DNA from: Haliotis cracherodii
Lineage: Eukaryota
NCBI RefSeq assembly: GCF_022045235.1
Contig: NW_027266275.1
Location: 38,254,001 to 38,318,000, forward strand
DNA length: 64,000 bases
Reading direction: 5' to 3'
How positions within the stretch are numbered: the first letter of the stretch is position 1; each line of letters opens with the position of its first letter. A model generated the notes under the pieces. The model made no database searches, was not told the DNA's origin, and saw nothing but the letters and a program-made list of their open reading frames with translations. Made by a program: the position numbers and the translations under genes. Shown here piece after piece: positions 15,232-26,666 of the stretch.

Positions 15232-18200
15232 GTAGGTGCACCTGTCTGCATGCCTCTCTCCCCTGGTGGCAACCACAGGGGAGGTAACTCTGGAGTACGC
15301 CACATATTCATTCTTGGACTGTTTGAAATTTATTGTCAAGACTGTCCTAATATTTAAAGAAGACTTGCGAGTATGTTAAAATTCAAAAGTTTCAAATTGG
15401 AATTTAATCCTTTTGGCATCATTTATAGTGATTCAATTCATGTGGTGGAAGAGTTAACATGGCTGCAATCTCCTGTTATTCAGATGGTTGGGTATGATGA
15501 TATGCTCTTATGTATGGATCAAAGCAGATATATCATCCAAAACTGGTTCCCACAGGAGATATCGCTTTGGTGACATCAAGAGATATAAACTTTGTAGATA
15601 TCGTTTTCATAAATCACTAATTTTTCCCCCCGCGTATTTTGATTTAAGAATGAAATGGGTGACAATAAGATTTCAGAGTTTTTCAGCTCTTATCAACTCA
15701 TGTTGATATATTTTATATCAAAAGACACTCAGTGAGATTCTCTGTACATACAGCTGAGATGGACTTGAATTTTAAATGTGAATTATGTGAAGTTTGGAGA
15801 GTTTTCTTGATAGGCATCAATAATTTGCAACTGTTCAGACCTTTGCGCACACCACACGTATGCTGATATAAGTGTAGTTAGTATGTTTGTTGTGATGGTT
15901 TTGCAGACGCTGGTGTTGAAAAGTTGATGATTTTTTGTTGAACTAAAGCATGTGTTTTTGTTCGTGCCCTTGTGTTAAATATATTACTAATAGACTAATT
16001 TCAACGTGGAAAAGTACAAAATGTTAACTTAGTACTAATGAAGGATTAATTGATTGTTTAATCAATATGGTGCTAAGATTGTATTCTACAATGTCAGTGT
16101 TGTCTAAACTTGTTACGTGTACACACAATGATCTTGAGATTATTGTTCAAGGAAGTCTAATGTGTGTATCCTAATCATACTATATGCCATTAGGCTAACT
16201 GTATTAGTCATTAGGCACACTCACATTGAGCCACGAGGCTAACTGATTGAATGAATAATTCTAACCTTGATCAAATCTAATACTTAGACAGAAATACTTA
16301 TTTGATGTAATGACTGACCAAGTGCAAAAATTTCATGTTGTGAAAGCTGAAACCTGTAAGATGACATATATTTTTTGTTCGTTGCTGCTTTTGTTTAGCG
16401 TGTATCAGCAAAATGTCCAATATAGATATTAATAAAGTAAGTGCATAGTGCAAAAACAATTTAGCATGGCTTCTATAGTTACATATTGTGCAGAGCTATC
16501 TTAAATTATCATTAAGAGTAACACTCAGTACAAAAATCAAATACCCTAAATTACAACACTCCTAACATCATAAAATGTGTACACTTAAACAATATCACTT
16601 TTTATTACAGTTTCAGTGATCAGGTCCTTTTCTGTACATATCAAAACACTTAGCATGATAACAAGGGTTATTGTTTGACTCTGTACAGTTGTTCACAGAG
16701 GAACTATTTTCTTGTGTATCTGCTACACAATGTCCAGCCTAGACTCTCGGAACGTACACTAGTACCAGCTGTGAATTAGTTTTGATGTCTCCCATCAGCA
16801 GCAGCAGCCAGGCACCTGACTACCTAACCGCGGCACAGCGGTATACGGAGAGGGACACGGCGCCAGACCCCACACAGAACCAATCAAGATCTTTCAAATT
16901 TCTTCAAGGTCTCATGGACAGTGGACAAGGTGGGCCAGGTTCCAGCTATATCTCGAGGAGATAATTCTCAACAGTTTCACAATTCTTGGAAATAATGTTG
17001 TGGCTATGGCCATCAAGCTCCTTTTAGTGATACATCAATCCCTCTGCTCCCGGTACTATCGCTGCCACCATTCAGAACTTCTTACACTTCTAGGTGTCCT
17101 TATCCCCACATGGAGTTAATCATGACCCACCAACCATTGTTGTAAGAGATGAGCCATGAAATAGGTATGTCAGATGTCACTATTAATTTATTCTTTTTTA
17201 TATGTTTTAAGGAAACAAATATTGTAATAGAAAATGTAAGGGATATTTCGGATAATTGGATACCATGGATCTGGAATGAGTCTTTGAAAGAAATAAATGT
17301 AAATATGTCCTTGGCTATTTTCACATTTCACAAGTTCACAAATATCACAAGAATTTAGGTTTGATTGTGGTAATGACATAATCCCTACTGGTGGCAGCAA
17401 AAATGCTGGGAGGGTAAGAAGATGTTATGCACTGGGATGAAGTTTGATCAGCCATGACCCAAGGGAGATAACTTCCCTTTTTGCAATTTCGTTAACTGTC
17501 CAATGTTTTGCATAGTATATAGTCATTTTGAAACTTGTTCAGCTAATTGTTAAGTAAAGTAATGACATACATTATTCAAGACATTGTGTGTTGATTCAAG
17601 GGACTTCAGGGCAGTTTTGTATCAGGGGGCATGGGTGGCCCGGTCATCTAAGGCGCCGTGATTCGCTGTGCAGAGTTGCATCCCTCAGGCATGCCAGAAA
17701 CCTATGATTGTGGGTTCGAATCCTGGTTCACCCCGATTATGTTTCTAGGTTTATCAGCACCATACCCGTGCTTGTGGGTTTCACAGAAATGTTAAACGTG
17801 TGAGACCTGCCACATTCAGCTGACACGCCGTGATATAACTGGAATACTGTTAAAAGCGGCGTTAAACACAACTTACTCACTCAGGTTTGTATCAGTTGAT
17901 CGTACTGAATCAGTTGCAGCAATGAGTGCAAAAAATGTATCCAGAAACAAAGTTTGAGAACTAGCATGATTTACATAGGTATGTTAATATTATCATACAA
18001 TATTTTTTAAATTTCCAAAGGCAGCGATCATCGGTTCCTTCATTGCAATCCTTTCCCAAATTTGCACTCTGGGTCAAAATAAAACCCTTGTACTCATGCT
18101 TGTCGTATAAGACGACTGATGATGATGGTTATGATGTGTGACCTAACCAACTATGTGTCATTGAACCCAAGCAGGCTCTGTTTTTCATGCCATCGTCCTC

Positions 18201-21200
18201 TAGTTTGTCTGCCTCAACAGCCTTGATTATTTACAGACTGCCATGAAAAAGCTGGAATATTGCTTAATTGGGCAGAGCAACATTCACTCACTCACTCGTT
18301 GCCATCCTCTAGATATCTCATACATATGCAGTGGTCGAAATTAAGTATGAAAGTTAAAGGGGTTTTCACATGTCAGAACAGTAATGTTAAAAATATAGAT
18401 TTAGGGGGTCCATTGCTTCAAATACTATAGGAGTACACCTCAAGGACCCTGTGACCCTCCTTAATTTCGAACACTGCATAAGGAACCAACATTTAATATT
18501 CTGGAAGGGATGGGGCCTTGGAGTTTTGTAAGACAAATATTTTTTGGGTCATTACTTCCTAACATACAATTTATTTTTCTGAAAATAAGAGCTGAAACAT
18601 CCTTTTCTTTTTAAAATACCTTATTTTCAGGGCATCCACAATGTCAAGAAAAGTATATTTCGGAAATATTTTGTTAAATCTGAGGGAAAATTATTTTCTG
18701 AAATGACCTAGCTCCCAGGATCCCTCCCCACTCCCAAGAATATGAAATGGACGGTCCTTGAATATCATTTAGCCACTACCCATAGATTCCGCACTTCATC
18801 TTGCCTGCCAACTCATCCACCACCCTTTCAGAAGCCCCCACTGCCTTCGGACAGCCCCCTGCGGGAGACACGCCCGGCGCGGCGGGCTCCTCCCAAGGGA
18901 AGGTCAAGGCCATCATGGCGCAGAAATATAACAACCCCATTGGACTATATTCAGACACCAATGTGGAGAGAGAACTCGAAGGACAGTCTAAATTCTTGGT
19001 CAAAGATCCCAGCGGGTAAATCTTCCATGATGTTATGTTGTAAATGGTGGTTATCTTGTCAGTGGCAATATTTCAGTTCTATTGAAATCATTCAAACTGA
19101 CAAGTGGAAGGAATGTATTGTCTTGATGTTGGATTCATTTGGAGAATGTGAGGAAGAATGTTAGTCAGTACTGTATTCAACATAGTAAGCTCCTTAAAGA
19201 AGCCCTGTTATTACAGGATAGGGTACAGTCTTTTCTGAAAAAACTCCCACATTGTGACCACAATGCCCCAGGGTGGCCCAGTTGTCGAAGGTTCCATAAA
19301 TGACCCTTAGCTCTGCAAGTTCAACCCGACTCTCCCTCCCTCTCCCCCCCTCTCCCCCCAATGGGCTTATCTACAGTACTGAGTGAGTCTGGTTTTATGC
19401 CACTATTTGCAATATTCCAGCAACATCTCAGGTGACATTTGAAATGGGCCTCGCATATTGTATCCAAGAGGGGAATTAAACCAAAACTTTCGGCATGATG
19501 AAGGAACGCTTGAACCACTAGGCTACCCAACTGCCCCTATGCATGGAGAGGATTGGGTACACGATGCCGAAGATGTTGATTATGGCCCCTTTGAATGTCG
19601 AAGTAGTTACAGAACTCCAAAGAACCTGACAACAAGAACCATACACCCAGGAAACAGTTTATATGATCCGATGTTGACCATCTCATTGGGCTTGTATTTC
19701 AGACCAATGGACAGCAGCTGAACCTGTTCAGGCTTGGCGCAGGTATACTCGCCTTGCGCTTGATAGGTCGCCTGTGTGCAGTGTGGTGCAGGTCATGTGA
19801 CCTGTTCTGCTGTTTCCATTGGTTGATCAGGCATTTAGTATTTGTTAGAATCCTATAGGAAACTGTGTTGTCGGGTTGATGTGTCTCATTATCGGACATT
19901 GTAGAATCTTGTGTGACAACTAGCTCCCTAGTCTACAGGCACACAATGGAATGATGTCACGAGTGTTCTCATGGGGTGAATTGTATTGCATTGTCATCAT
20001 GATATGTATGGTGTGATTTGTATTCAACACTGAATTTCAATGAATTCTATGAGTCAGTGATCCAAATGACTTTCGTGTTACTTGTTACTTTCTGTATAGT
20101 CAAAACAATAAAAGCGTTGTGTAATATTTTCATTATCATACTGTATGAGGTCTGTGTGAACTGACCTGTTTGCTCATACCAATTTTTCATTAAGATGTTT
20201 GAGTGATGAATGTATTTGTGATGAGTTTGTGAACTACTGCATGCAGAGAGTGAAATCCTGTTAACATACCAATAAAACTCCCCTTTAACTCATAGGCTAG
20301 AATTGTAACCAAACCCCACGTAGTCCATCATATTAATTGCTTATTCTGTGAAAATATTTATTGAATTCTGATTCGTTTAATATCATTTGATCTCTTCTGT
20401 AATCTTCACTCTTTCTATGTTTAAACCTACACAATTTGTGTGTCAATACTTAAAGCACCTTTAGAGAGTCAAATTTTGAAGGGAACTGTGCAGTTAATTG
20501 TAGTGGCATCTGCTGAGATGAAGGGGCATGGGTGGCCTAGTCGTCAAAGGCGCCAAAGGCGCAGCGATTCACTGTGCAGAGTTGCATCCCTTGGGCATGC
20601 CAGAAACCTATGATCATGAGTTCGAATCCCAGTTCGCCCCGATTATGTTTCTAGGTTTGTCAGCTCCATACCCGTGCTCGTGGGTTTTATGGAAGTGGTA
20701 AACATCTGAGACCTGCATCACTTGGGGCTTTCCTCCCACATTAAGGTGACACGCGGCGATATAACTGGAATACTGTTTTAAGAGGCGATAAACCCAAGTC
20801 ACTCACTCACTCACTCACTCTGCTGAGATGATAGTCCGAAGGAATTTAAGCTATCATCGAACTATTTATAGGGAAGGTAACCATTACTGAATTTGTTTAC
20901 AGTGATGTACATGTGATAAACCCTATATCAGGTGTATGTATACTGTATGATATTGTTCATGGCATGGAATGATCACCTGGCATGATATGCATGGAGTGTC
21001 CTATTTCAGGAACGATGAGCCATCACCAGCACCAACTTTCGGCAGAACTAACGGTACATCCACCGAAAATAATTCCAACCCAGAAAAACGTGTATATTAT
21101 CCTTCTGAAACATTTAAGTTGGTTCAGGAGGAGGAAAACAAGCAAGAGAAAGGGGATCCGAGATACAAACCTGCTCAATCTCGGTCGCTCAAAATGTTAC

Positions 21201-24200
21201 AAGACCAACTGGAGAGGTATGGTAATTAGGGGCAGATGAGGTCATGGTCACTCATAATGGGGACAACCCATGTTGGCTTAAAGGACAGGGGGGAACAAGT
21301 GGCAAGGGAGACAACTCATGTAGAAATAGTCATAACAGGATCAGGAATAGAGTAACAGAGATAATCATTGTTTGAAATAGGAAAAGGAATGGTTGTCAGA
21401 TTTGGGGAAAATACATTATTTAATCCATCATCTGTATTATGCAGTCTTGTATACTCTAAGAACATAGTGTACACAAGACTGTTAAGTACTGATGATGTAT
21501 TTGCAGGTAATCATTTGGAATTTATTAAAATGGCACTTTAATTTCTGAAATCAGTTATAATTGTGATAACCTGTATTGGGATATTCTTAGTTCCAACTTT
21601 GGGATGTTTACCAACACTTGCCCTTAGATCAGCTTAGATAAATCCACAATATATTAATTATTAGATTTTTATTCACATTTCACAAAAAATATAGGGAAGG
21701 GGCAGTATATTTAAATGTGGGAGTTTATGTGCACAGATACCTTCTATTGTTGGCTATAAAAAATATACTGCCCCTTCCCATTATTTATTATAGCCAACTA
21801 TGGAAGGCATATGTTCACATTAACTGTTGATGAATGTGATTCACATAAAGCGTTCATGTTTAGTCAGACAAGGTATGGTGTCTATTCATCATATTACAAA
21901 GAAGGCAACGCATGTATACTCCTGTCTGTAGGTACTTGGGCAGATCAGATGGTCAGAGGGAGGTGTGGATGAAAATGTGATAATTTATTGTGGCCTAAAT
22001 CTGTAGAGTAGGAAGATCTGGCATAGGAAGAAGTTAGTTTGAAAGTGTGATTAAGTCATACCACCAGAGATTGCTGACAATGTAAGTCTGTTAATATATA
22101 ATGCCATTGTTTAGTAAATGATATGTTTTGAATAATCCCATGATGACATAGCATAATGTGCATGAAATATTAATCTGTTCAGTTCCAACCTACTAATTGT
22201 AGACTAGTGATTAGTTTTAGAGAACAATACGACGTATGTCAGTTCTATACATGTATTACAACTCTTTGTGTCCTTGTATCATATCTGTGCACTTTAACAA
22301 TCTTCTGAGTCAGGGGACTCCTGTAATGGAAATACATGTAGTCATTCTCTGAATTGTTCCTTTCTGGGGAACATGAATAATTAATAATGTCTTCCTTTCA
22401 GAAGAATAGTTATGTGGAGGTTAAATCTTTACATTGCATGTGCCTGTTGTTGATTGTTTGTTTGTTGTTTACAGTGGTGGAGGAGTTACACCTGGACAGG
22501 CAGCTGGAGGAGGTATGTAGGGGATGGATGGCGTCATGGGGGAGATACTATTAGGTGGGAGTGGATGTTGGCATCATGGGGGAGATACCATTAGGTGGGG
22601 GTGGAGGTTGGCGTCATGGGGGAGATACCAGTAGGTGGGAGATACCATTGGGCATAGATGGATGAGAGAGATGCAGACAGAAATAGGTTAAAATGGATGG
22701 GATGGACTCTATGTCCACAAGATAGGTGGAATATGCAGATAAGTGAAGGATAAATAGAATAGATGCCCAGTTTCACTTTGTCAACATTTGCAACAGACAT
22801 ATTTTCTATTTCAGCCAAGCACACTGGATGGGCTCCACCTAAGCCAGCCCCAGCCCCAGTATCAGCCCCAGCCCCTCCCCCTGCTGCCAAGCCATGGGCC
22901 CCCTCTGCCCCTGCACCACCACCCCCAGGCCCATCCATGGGAGGACCCATGGGAGGACCCATGGGGGGACCCGGAGGACCCATGGGGGGATCCGGAGGAC
23001 CCATGGGGGGATCCGGAGGACCCATGGGGGGTTCCCGAGGCCCAGTGCCCAAGCCCACCGGCAAAGGGGCAACAAAGTTCAAGAAGGGTGATGCTGTGGT
23101 GCGCCAACAGGGGGCGACTGGAGCGGACATTCCCAGGATGGCCACCTGTGCCCAGTGTGGGAATACCATTAGGTAAAGAGTCACCTTTGTTATTGCATAG
23201 AAAACTTTAAATTACAGTAAACTACGGTTATAACAATCTCAATGGGACCACTAATTTTAATTTGTTATATACATTGTTCATTATAAGCGTATGAACAGCA
23301 TATATACAGCAAATGGAGGGGACCATGAAATAGTTTGTTATATGCATAAGTTTGTTACAAGCGTGTTTGTTATAAACATAGTTTAATGTACTTATAAAAG
23401 AACTCTTACACATTGTTTGATTTTTATTTTAAAATGCTTTATATGGAGATCACCCAAAGTTAATATTTCACAAATGTGGTACAAAATATATAATTTGAGA
23501 AACAGATTCAGTTCTGAAAAAAATAGTTGCTTTCTTATTACACCATGTTCGCCCAACTGACAAGTCCCTTCATGAAATCACTTCAAATGTGTTGTTGTTT
23601 TAACCCCCAACCCTTCAGCTTTATAGGAAAATAGGCAGTAGGCCATGAGATTAAACAGTAGTAATACACTTTGAATGCTATCAGGTAATGCGCTAACTAT
23701 TCTTATAACGTAGCAGTCACATAAACACAACTCCTGTACAACAGCGACAGGAGCCATGGAGATGCTAAACAAATTTATAGTATGAGTATGTACTGAACCG
23801 CAAAAGAAACATCACTTCATGAAAAGTATTTCAATGAAGTAAAGTTTCTTTTGCAGTTCAGTTTATAACAAAGGCATAATGAGGGTTTGTCAATTGAGGA
23901 CCCACGTACGAGAAGTAACGTGGACCCTAATGTGGAGATATGCCTGTCAAGGCTTTAGACCTAGACTCTCTCTTGGGGTGCGCCTGCCCCTGCCACCGAG
24001 TGGCCACGACCTCGACCATCTCTTGCTGTGGTGACATGGGGCCACAGTCCATTCTGTATCTTGCAAGAGAGTATTATAGCTCGGAGTGGGATAGAGTACA
24101 ATGCCGAAATTGAAGTTTAGAGGTGAATGTGCAACTTTGTAACTAATTTGCCTCATTATGTCCTTCTTCAAAGACTTATAACTCATGGACCTTATTCAGC

Positions 24201-26666
24201 ATATTATTATTAAAAAAGTTTTATTTTGATTGAAATTTGAACTCAGTCTGATCACAATCCCTCGATTTTTTAACACAATTTTAATTTGTTAGTGGTTTTA
24301 ATAGCTCCCCCCACCCCTCTCCACCACCACCACCTCTGTCAAGTGACTGTGTCCTTGGCACTTATTATGGTAAATAGGGTACATGCAAACCAAATGTTTG
24401 AAACACTAGACATGGTGTGTGTGTGTTCCAGAGGTCCATTTGTGGTTGCCATGGGGAAGACATGGTGTCCCGACCACTTCATCTGTGCCAATGCCCGCTG
24501 TGGTGTGAAGCTGATTGACATCGGCTTCGTGGAGGAGGGCGGCTACCTCTACTGCGAGCGAGACTACGAGCTATACTTTGCCCCGAAGTGTACCAAGTGC
24601 AGTGTTGCCATTGTCGGAGTAAGTGAACAATGTTGTATTTATGTATATATTATTATGCTATAACATCACAGGTTTAGAATCTTGCAACCTTGCACTCGAT
24701 CAGATCCTCACTAACCAAAGAGTTCAGTATTAGCTGTTATTTCGTGGCAGTATTGGAATAAAATAAATGGAAATATGTTTTTAGGAACAATGTAGGCTAT
24801 AGCAGAATCACTAATGTAAGATTTCAATATTTTAACCTGAAGGCCTATGTCAACTGACCAGTGGGTGGTGAAGAAAGAACTCTGGTAGATTCTCTTTGAG
24901 ATATCGTTTGTTCACAGACAAGCTATGTCTCCTGTGGAAGTAAGTTTGGGATACTGAATTGAGTTGTTGCAGTTCCAGGGTTTCCAGGGTATGTAAGTTG
25001 TGGATCGAAATGCAACTGAGTTGATAGCATTATTTCAGATGCAGTGTAGATTTACTCACTGGGTGCTAAGTCTACCTTGTCTTGTTTGCAGGAGTGTGTG
25101 AATGCTCTGCAGAAGAGCTACCATCCTCAGTGTTTCCTGTGCTTCCAGTGCAAGCAGCCGATTGGTGGAAACCAGTTCCACATCGAGGATGGAAACCCTT
25201 ACTGTGAGAAAGGTGAGACATGACCTAGCAAGTCATGGGGAGAGTGGTTCCAGGGCAGAGTAGGTCCCCAGTACCCCATGCTTGTCTCCTTGTAATGATT
25301 CCAGGGCAGAGTAGGTCCCCAGTACCCCACACGTCTCCTTGTAGTTATTCCAGAGTAGGTCCCCAGTACCCCATGATTGTCTCTTTGCAGTGATTCCGGG
25401 GCAGAGTAGATCCCCAGTACCCCATGCTTGTCTCCTTGTAATGATTCCAGAGTAGGTCCCCAGTACCCCATGATTGTCTCTTTGCAGTGATTCCGGGGCA
25501 GAGTAGGTCCCCAGTACCCAACTCTTTTCTCCTTGTAGTGATTCCAGAGTAGGTCCCCAGTACCCCATGATTGTCTCCTTGTGGTGATTACAGGGCAGAA
25601 TAGGTCCCCAGAACCCCATGATTGACTCCTTATAGTGATTCCAGGGCAGAGTAGGTCCCCAGAACCCCATGATTGACTCCTTGTAGTGATTCCAGGACAG
25701 AATAGGTCCCCAGTACCCCATGATTGACTCCTTGTGGTGATTCAAGGGGAGAATAGGTCCCCAGTACCCCATGATTGACTCCTTGTAGTGATTCCGGGGC
25801 AGAGTAGGTCCCCAGTACCCCATGATTGACTCCTTGTAGTGATTCCGGGGCAGAGTAGGTCCCCAGTACCCCATGATTGTCTCCTTGCAGTGATTCTGGG
25901 GCAGAGTAGGTCCCCAGTACCCCATGATTGTCTCCCTGTCTCCCTTAGGAGATACCAGGCCTTACATTTTGTGGGCTAAAATTAAGTAAGATAGGATAAT
26001 TGTTATGGACAGCTTTTCGCATTTTCATCCATGTAAATGTTTTTGTCCGTAGATTGGAACGCCATGTTCCAGACAATGTGCTCTGGGTGCAGCTTCCCCA
26101 TCGAACCTGGCGACAAATGGGTCGAGGCCATGAGCAAGAACTTCCATTCTGAATGCTTCAACTGCTCGGTGAGTTACCTCTCTTTGTCTGTATACTGTTC
26201 ATAAGCCCAGCTGGGATTGTCTCAATATATATTTAGAAGTGATTGTGAAAACTATTTCAAGATACATATATATAGATAGATACATATATGTCAAAACCTT
26301 GTTAATTCATGCTTTATTCCTGTTACATGTCGTTTTTCTTACACTGTACCCCATGTTGTGTATTGATATTATACCATACAGAACACAGTGAAATATCACT
26401 GTGCTGTATGGTATAATATCAATACACAACTTGTCTTGAACACCACATAATATGAGAGTTTATAAGTTGATTTTTTTCCCCCTGAATTTGTAGACACACA
26501 ATTTCTTTTTGGAAATATGATTATTTTGCATTATTTAAGGTGAATATCTGGTTACATGTTATATAACCTTCTGTACCTTTTTTTTCAGACTTGCCAAATT
26601 AGTTTGGAAGGCGCTCCTTTCTATGTCAAGGCCGGGAAGCCCTTCTGCAAGAAACATGTACGATAG
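15098..26666 (+). CDS. Zasp52: Zasp52/Enigma (PDLIM5/7, LDB3-like) PDZ-LIM gene, 10 coding exons, about 517 aa visible; 5' PDZ exons not found
   Basis: Exons 15098-15231, 16799-16929, 18832-19015, 21010-21216, 22475-22512, 22815-23172, 24432-24618, 25092-25212, 26053-26168 and 26589-26666 all have AG/GT boundaries and join in frame (1554 nt). They encode the ZM motif KYNNPIGLYS, QSRSFK motifs and three LIM domains ending PFCKKHVR*. Confidence 0.92.
16799..16929 (+). CDS. Zasp52: Zasp-like exon with QSRSFKFLQ motif
   Basis: cccatcag acceptor with tandem CAG alternatives; caag|gtggg donor; phase 2-1 fits both neighbours. Confidence 0.82.
17626..17883 (+). mobile_element. tRNA-derived SINE, family A
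   Basis: A box tggcccggtcatctaaggcgcc; B box gggttcgaatcc; CACT tail; flanking duplication tttgtatcag. Confidence 0.9.
18325..18480. mobile_element. MITE with 21-bp terminal inverted repeats
   Basis: tatgcagtggtcgaaattaag / cttaatttcgaacactgcata, 1 mismatch. Confidence 0.7.
18832..19015 (+). CDS. Zasp52: Zasp-like exon with ZM (Zasp motif) KYNNPIGLYS
   Basis: ccctttcag acceptor; gg|gtaaat donor; phase 1-2. Confidence 0.9.
19381..19538 (-). mobile_element. Short tRNA-derived SINE, third family
   Basis: The reverse complement starts ggggcagttgggtagcctagtggttcaagcg (A box) and ends ...ggcataaaaccagactcactc. Confidence 0.7.
20523..20820 (+). mobile_element. tRNA-derived SINE, family A, with 13-bp TSD
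   Basis: A/B boxes and (CACT)n tail; TSD TCTGCTGAGATGA at 20509-20521 and 20819-20831. Confidence 0.93.
21010..21216 (+). CDS. Zasp52: Zasp-like cassette exon (SETFKLVQEE...QSRSLKMLQ)
   Basis: ctatttcag acceptor; gag|gtatgg donor (alternative donor after 21221); symmetric phase 2-2, 207 nt. Confidence 0.78.
22475..22512 (+). CDS. Zasp52: 38-nt Gly-rich mini-exon (GGGVTPGQAAGG)
   Basis: T-rich tract with ttacag acceptor; gag|gtatgt donor; phase 2-1 bridges the flanking exons. Absent from the ORF track. Confidence 0.72.
22530..22650. repeat. About 40-bp G-rich tandem repeat x3 (intronic)
   Basis: ggcrtcatgggggagatac...taggtggg repeated. Confidence 0.8.
22815..23172 (+). CDS. Zasp52: Pro/Gly-rich linker exon with start of LIM1 (CAQC)
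   Basis: tatttcag acceptor; ag|gtaaag donor; phase 1-2. Confidence 0.92.
24432..24618 (+). CDS. Zasp52: LIM1 / start of LIM2 exon
   Basis: Encodes GPFVVAMGKTWCPDHFICANARC...YCERDY...CTKC; ttccag acceptor; gga|gtaagt donor. Confidence 0.95.
25092..25212 (+). CDS. Zasp52: LIM2 exon
   Basis: Encodes ECVNALQKSYHPQCFLCFQCKQPIGGNQFHIEDGNPYCEK; tttgcag acceptor; aag|gtgaga donor. Confidence 0.95.
25246..25935. repeat. Intronic minisatellite, 51-bp unit (44-bp variants), about 14 copies
   Basis: gagtaggtccccagtaccccatgattg... repeated; it produces the 17-aa periodic ORF on the minus strand. Confidence 0.95.
26053..26168 (+). CDS. Zasp52: LIM3 exon, first part
   Basis: Encodes DWNAMFQTMCSGCSFPIEPGDKWVEAMSKNFHSECFNCS; ccgtag acceptor; gtgagt donor. 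Confidence 0.95.
26589..26666 (+). CDS. Zasp52: Terminal coding exon, end of LIM3
   Basis: Encodes TCQISLEGAPFYVKAGKPFCKKHVR*; T-tract cag acceptor; followed by an AT-rich 3'UTR with AATAAA near 27083, 27095 and 27734. Confidence 0.95.
   Translation, partial: TCQISLEGAPFYVKAGKPFCKKHVR

Noticed and set aside
22591-23210. Several overlapping ORFs around the Pro/Gly exon
   Set aside because: They are alternative frames of a GC-rich repetitive exon; only the frame joining LIM1 is supported.
25199-25925. 230-aa and 90-aa minus-strand ORFs
   Set aside because: They are by-products of a 51-bp intronic minisatellite.
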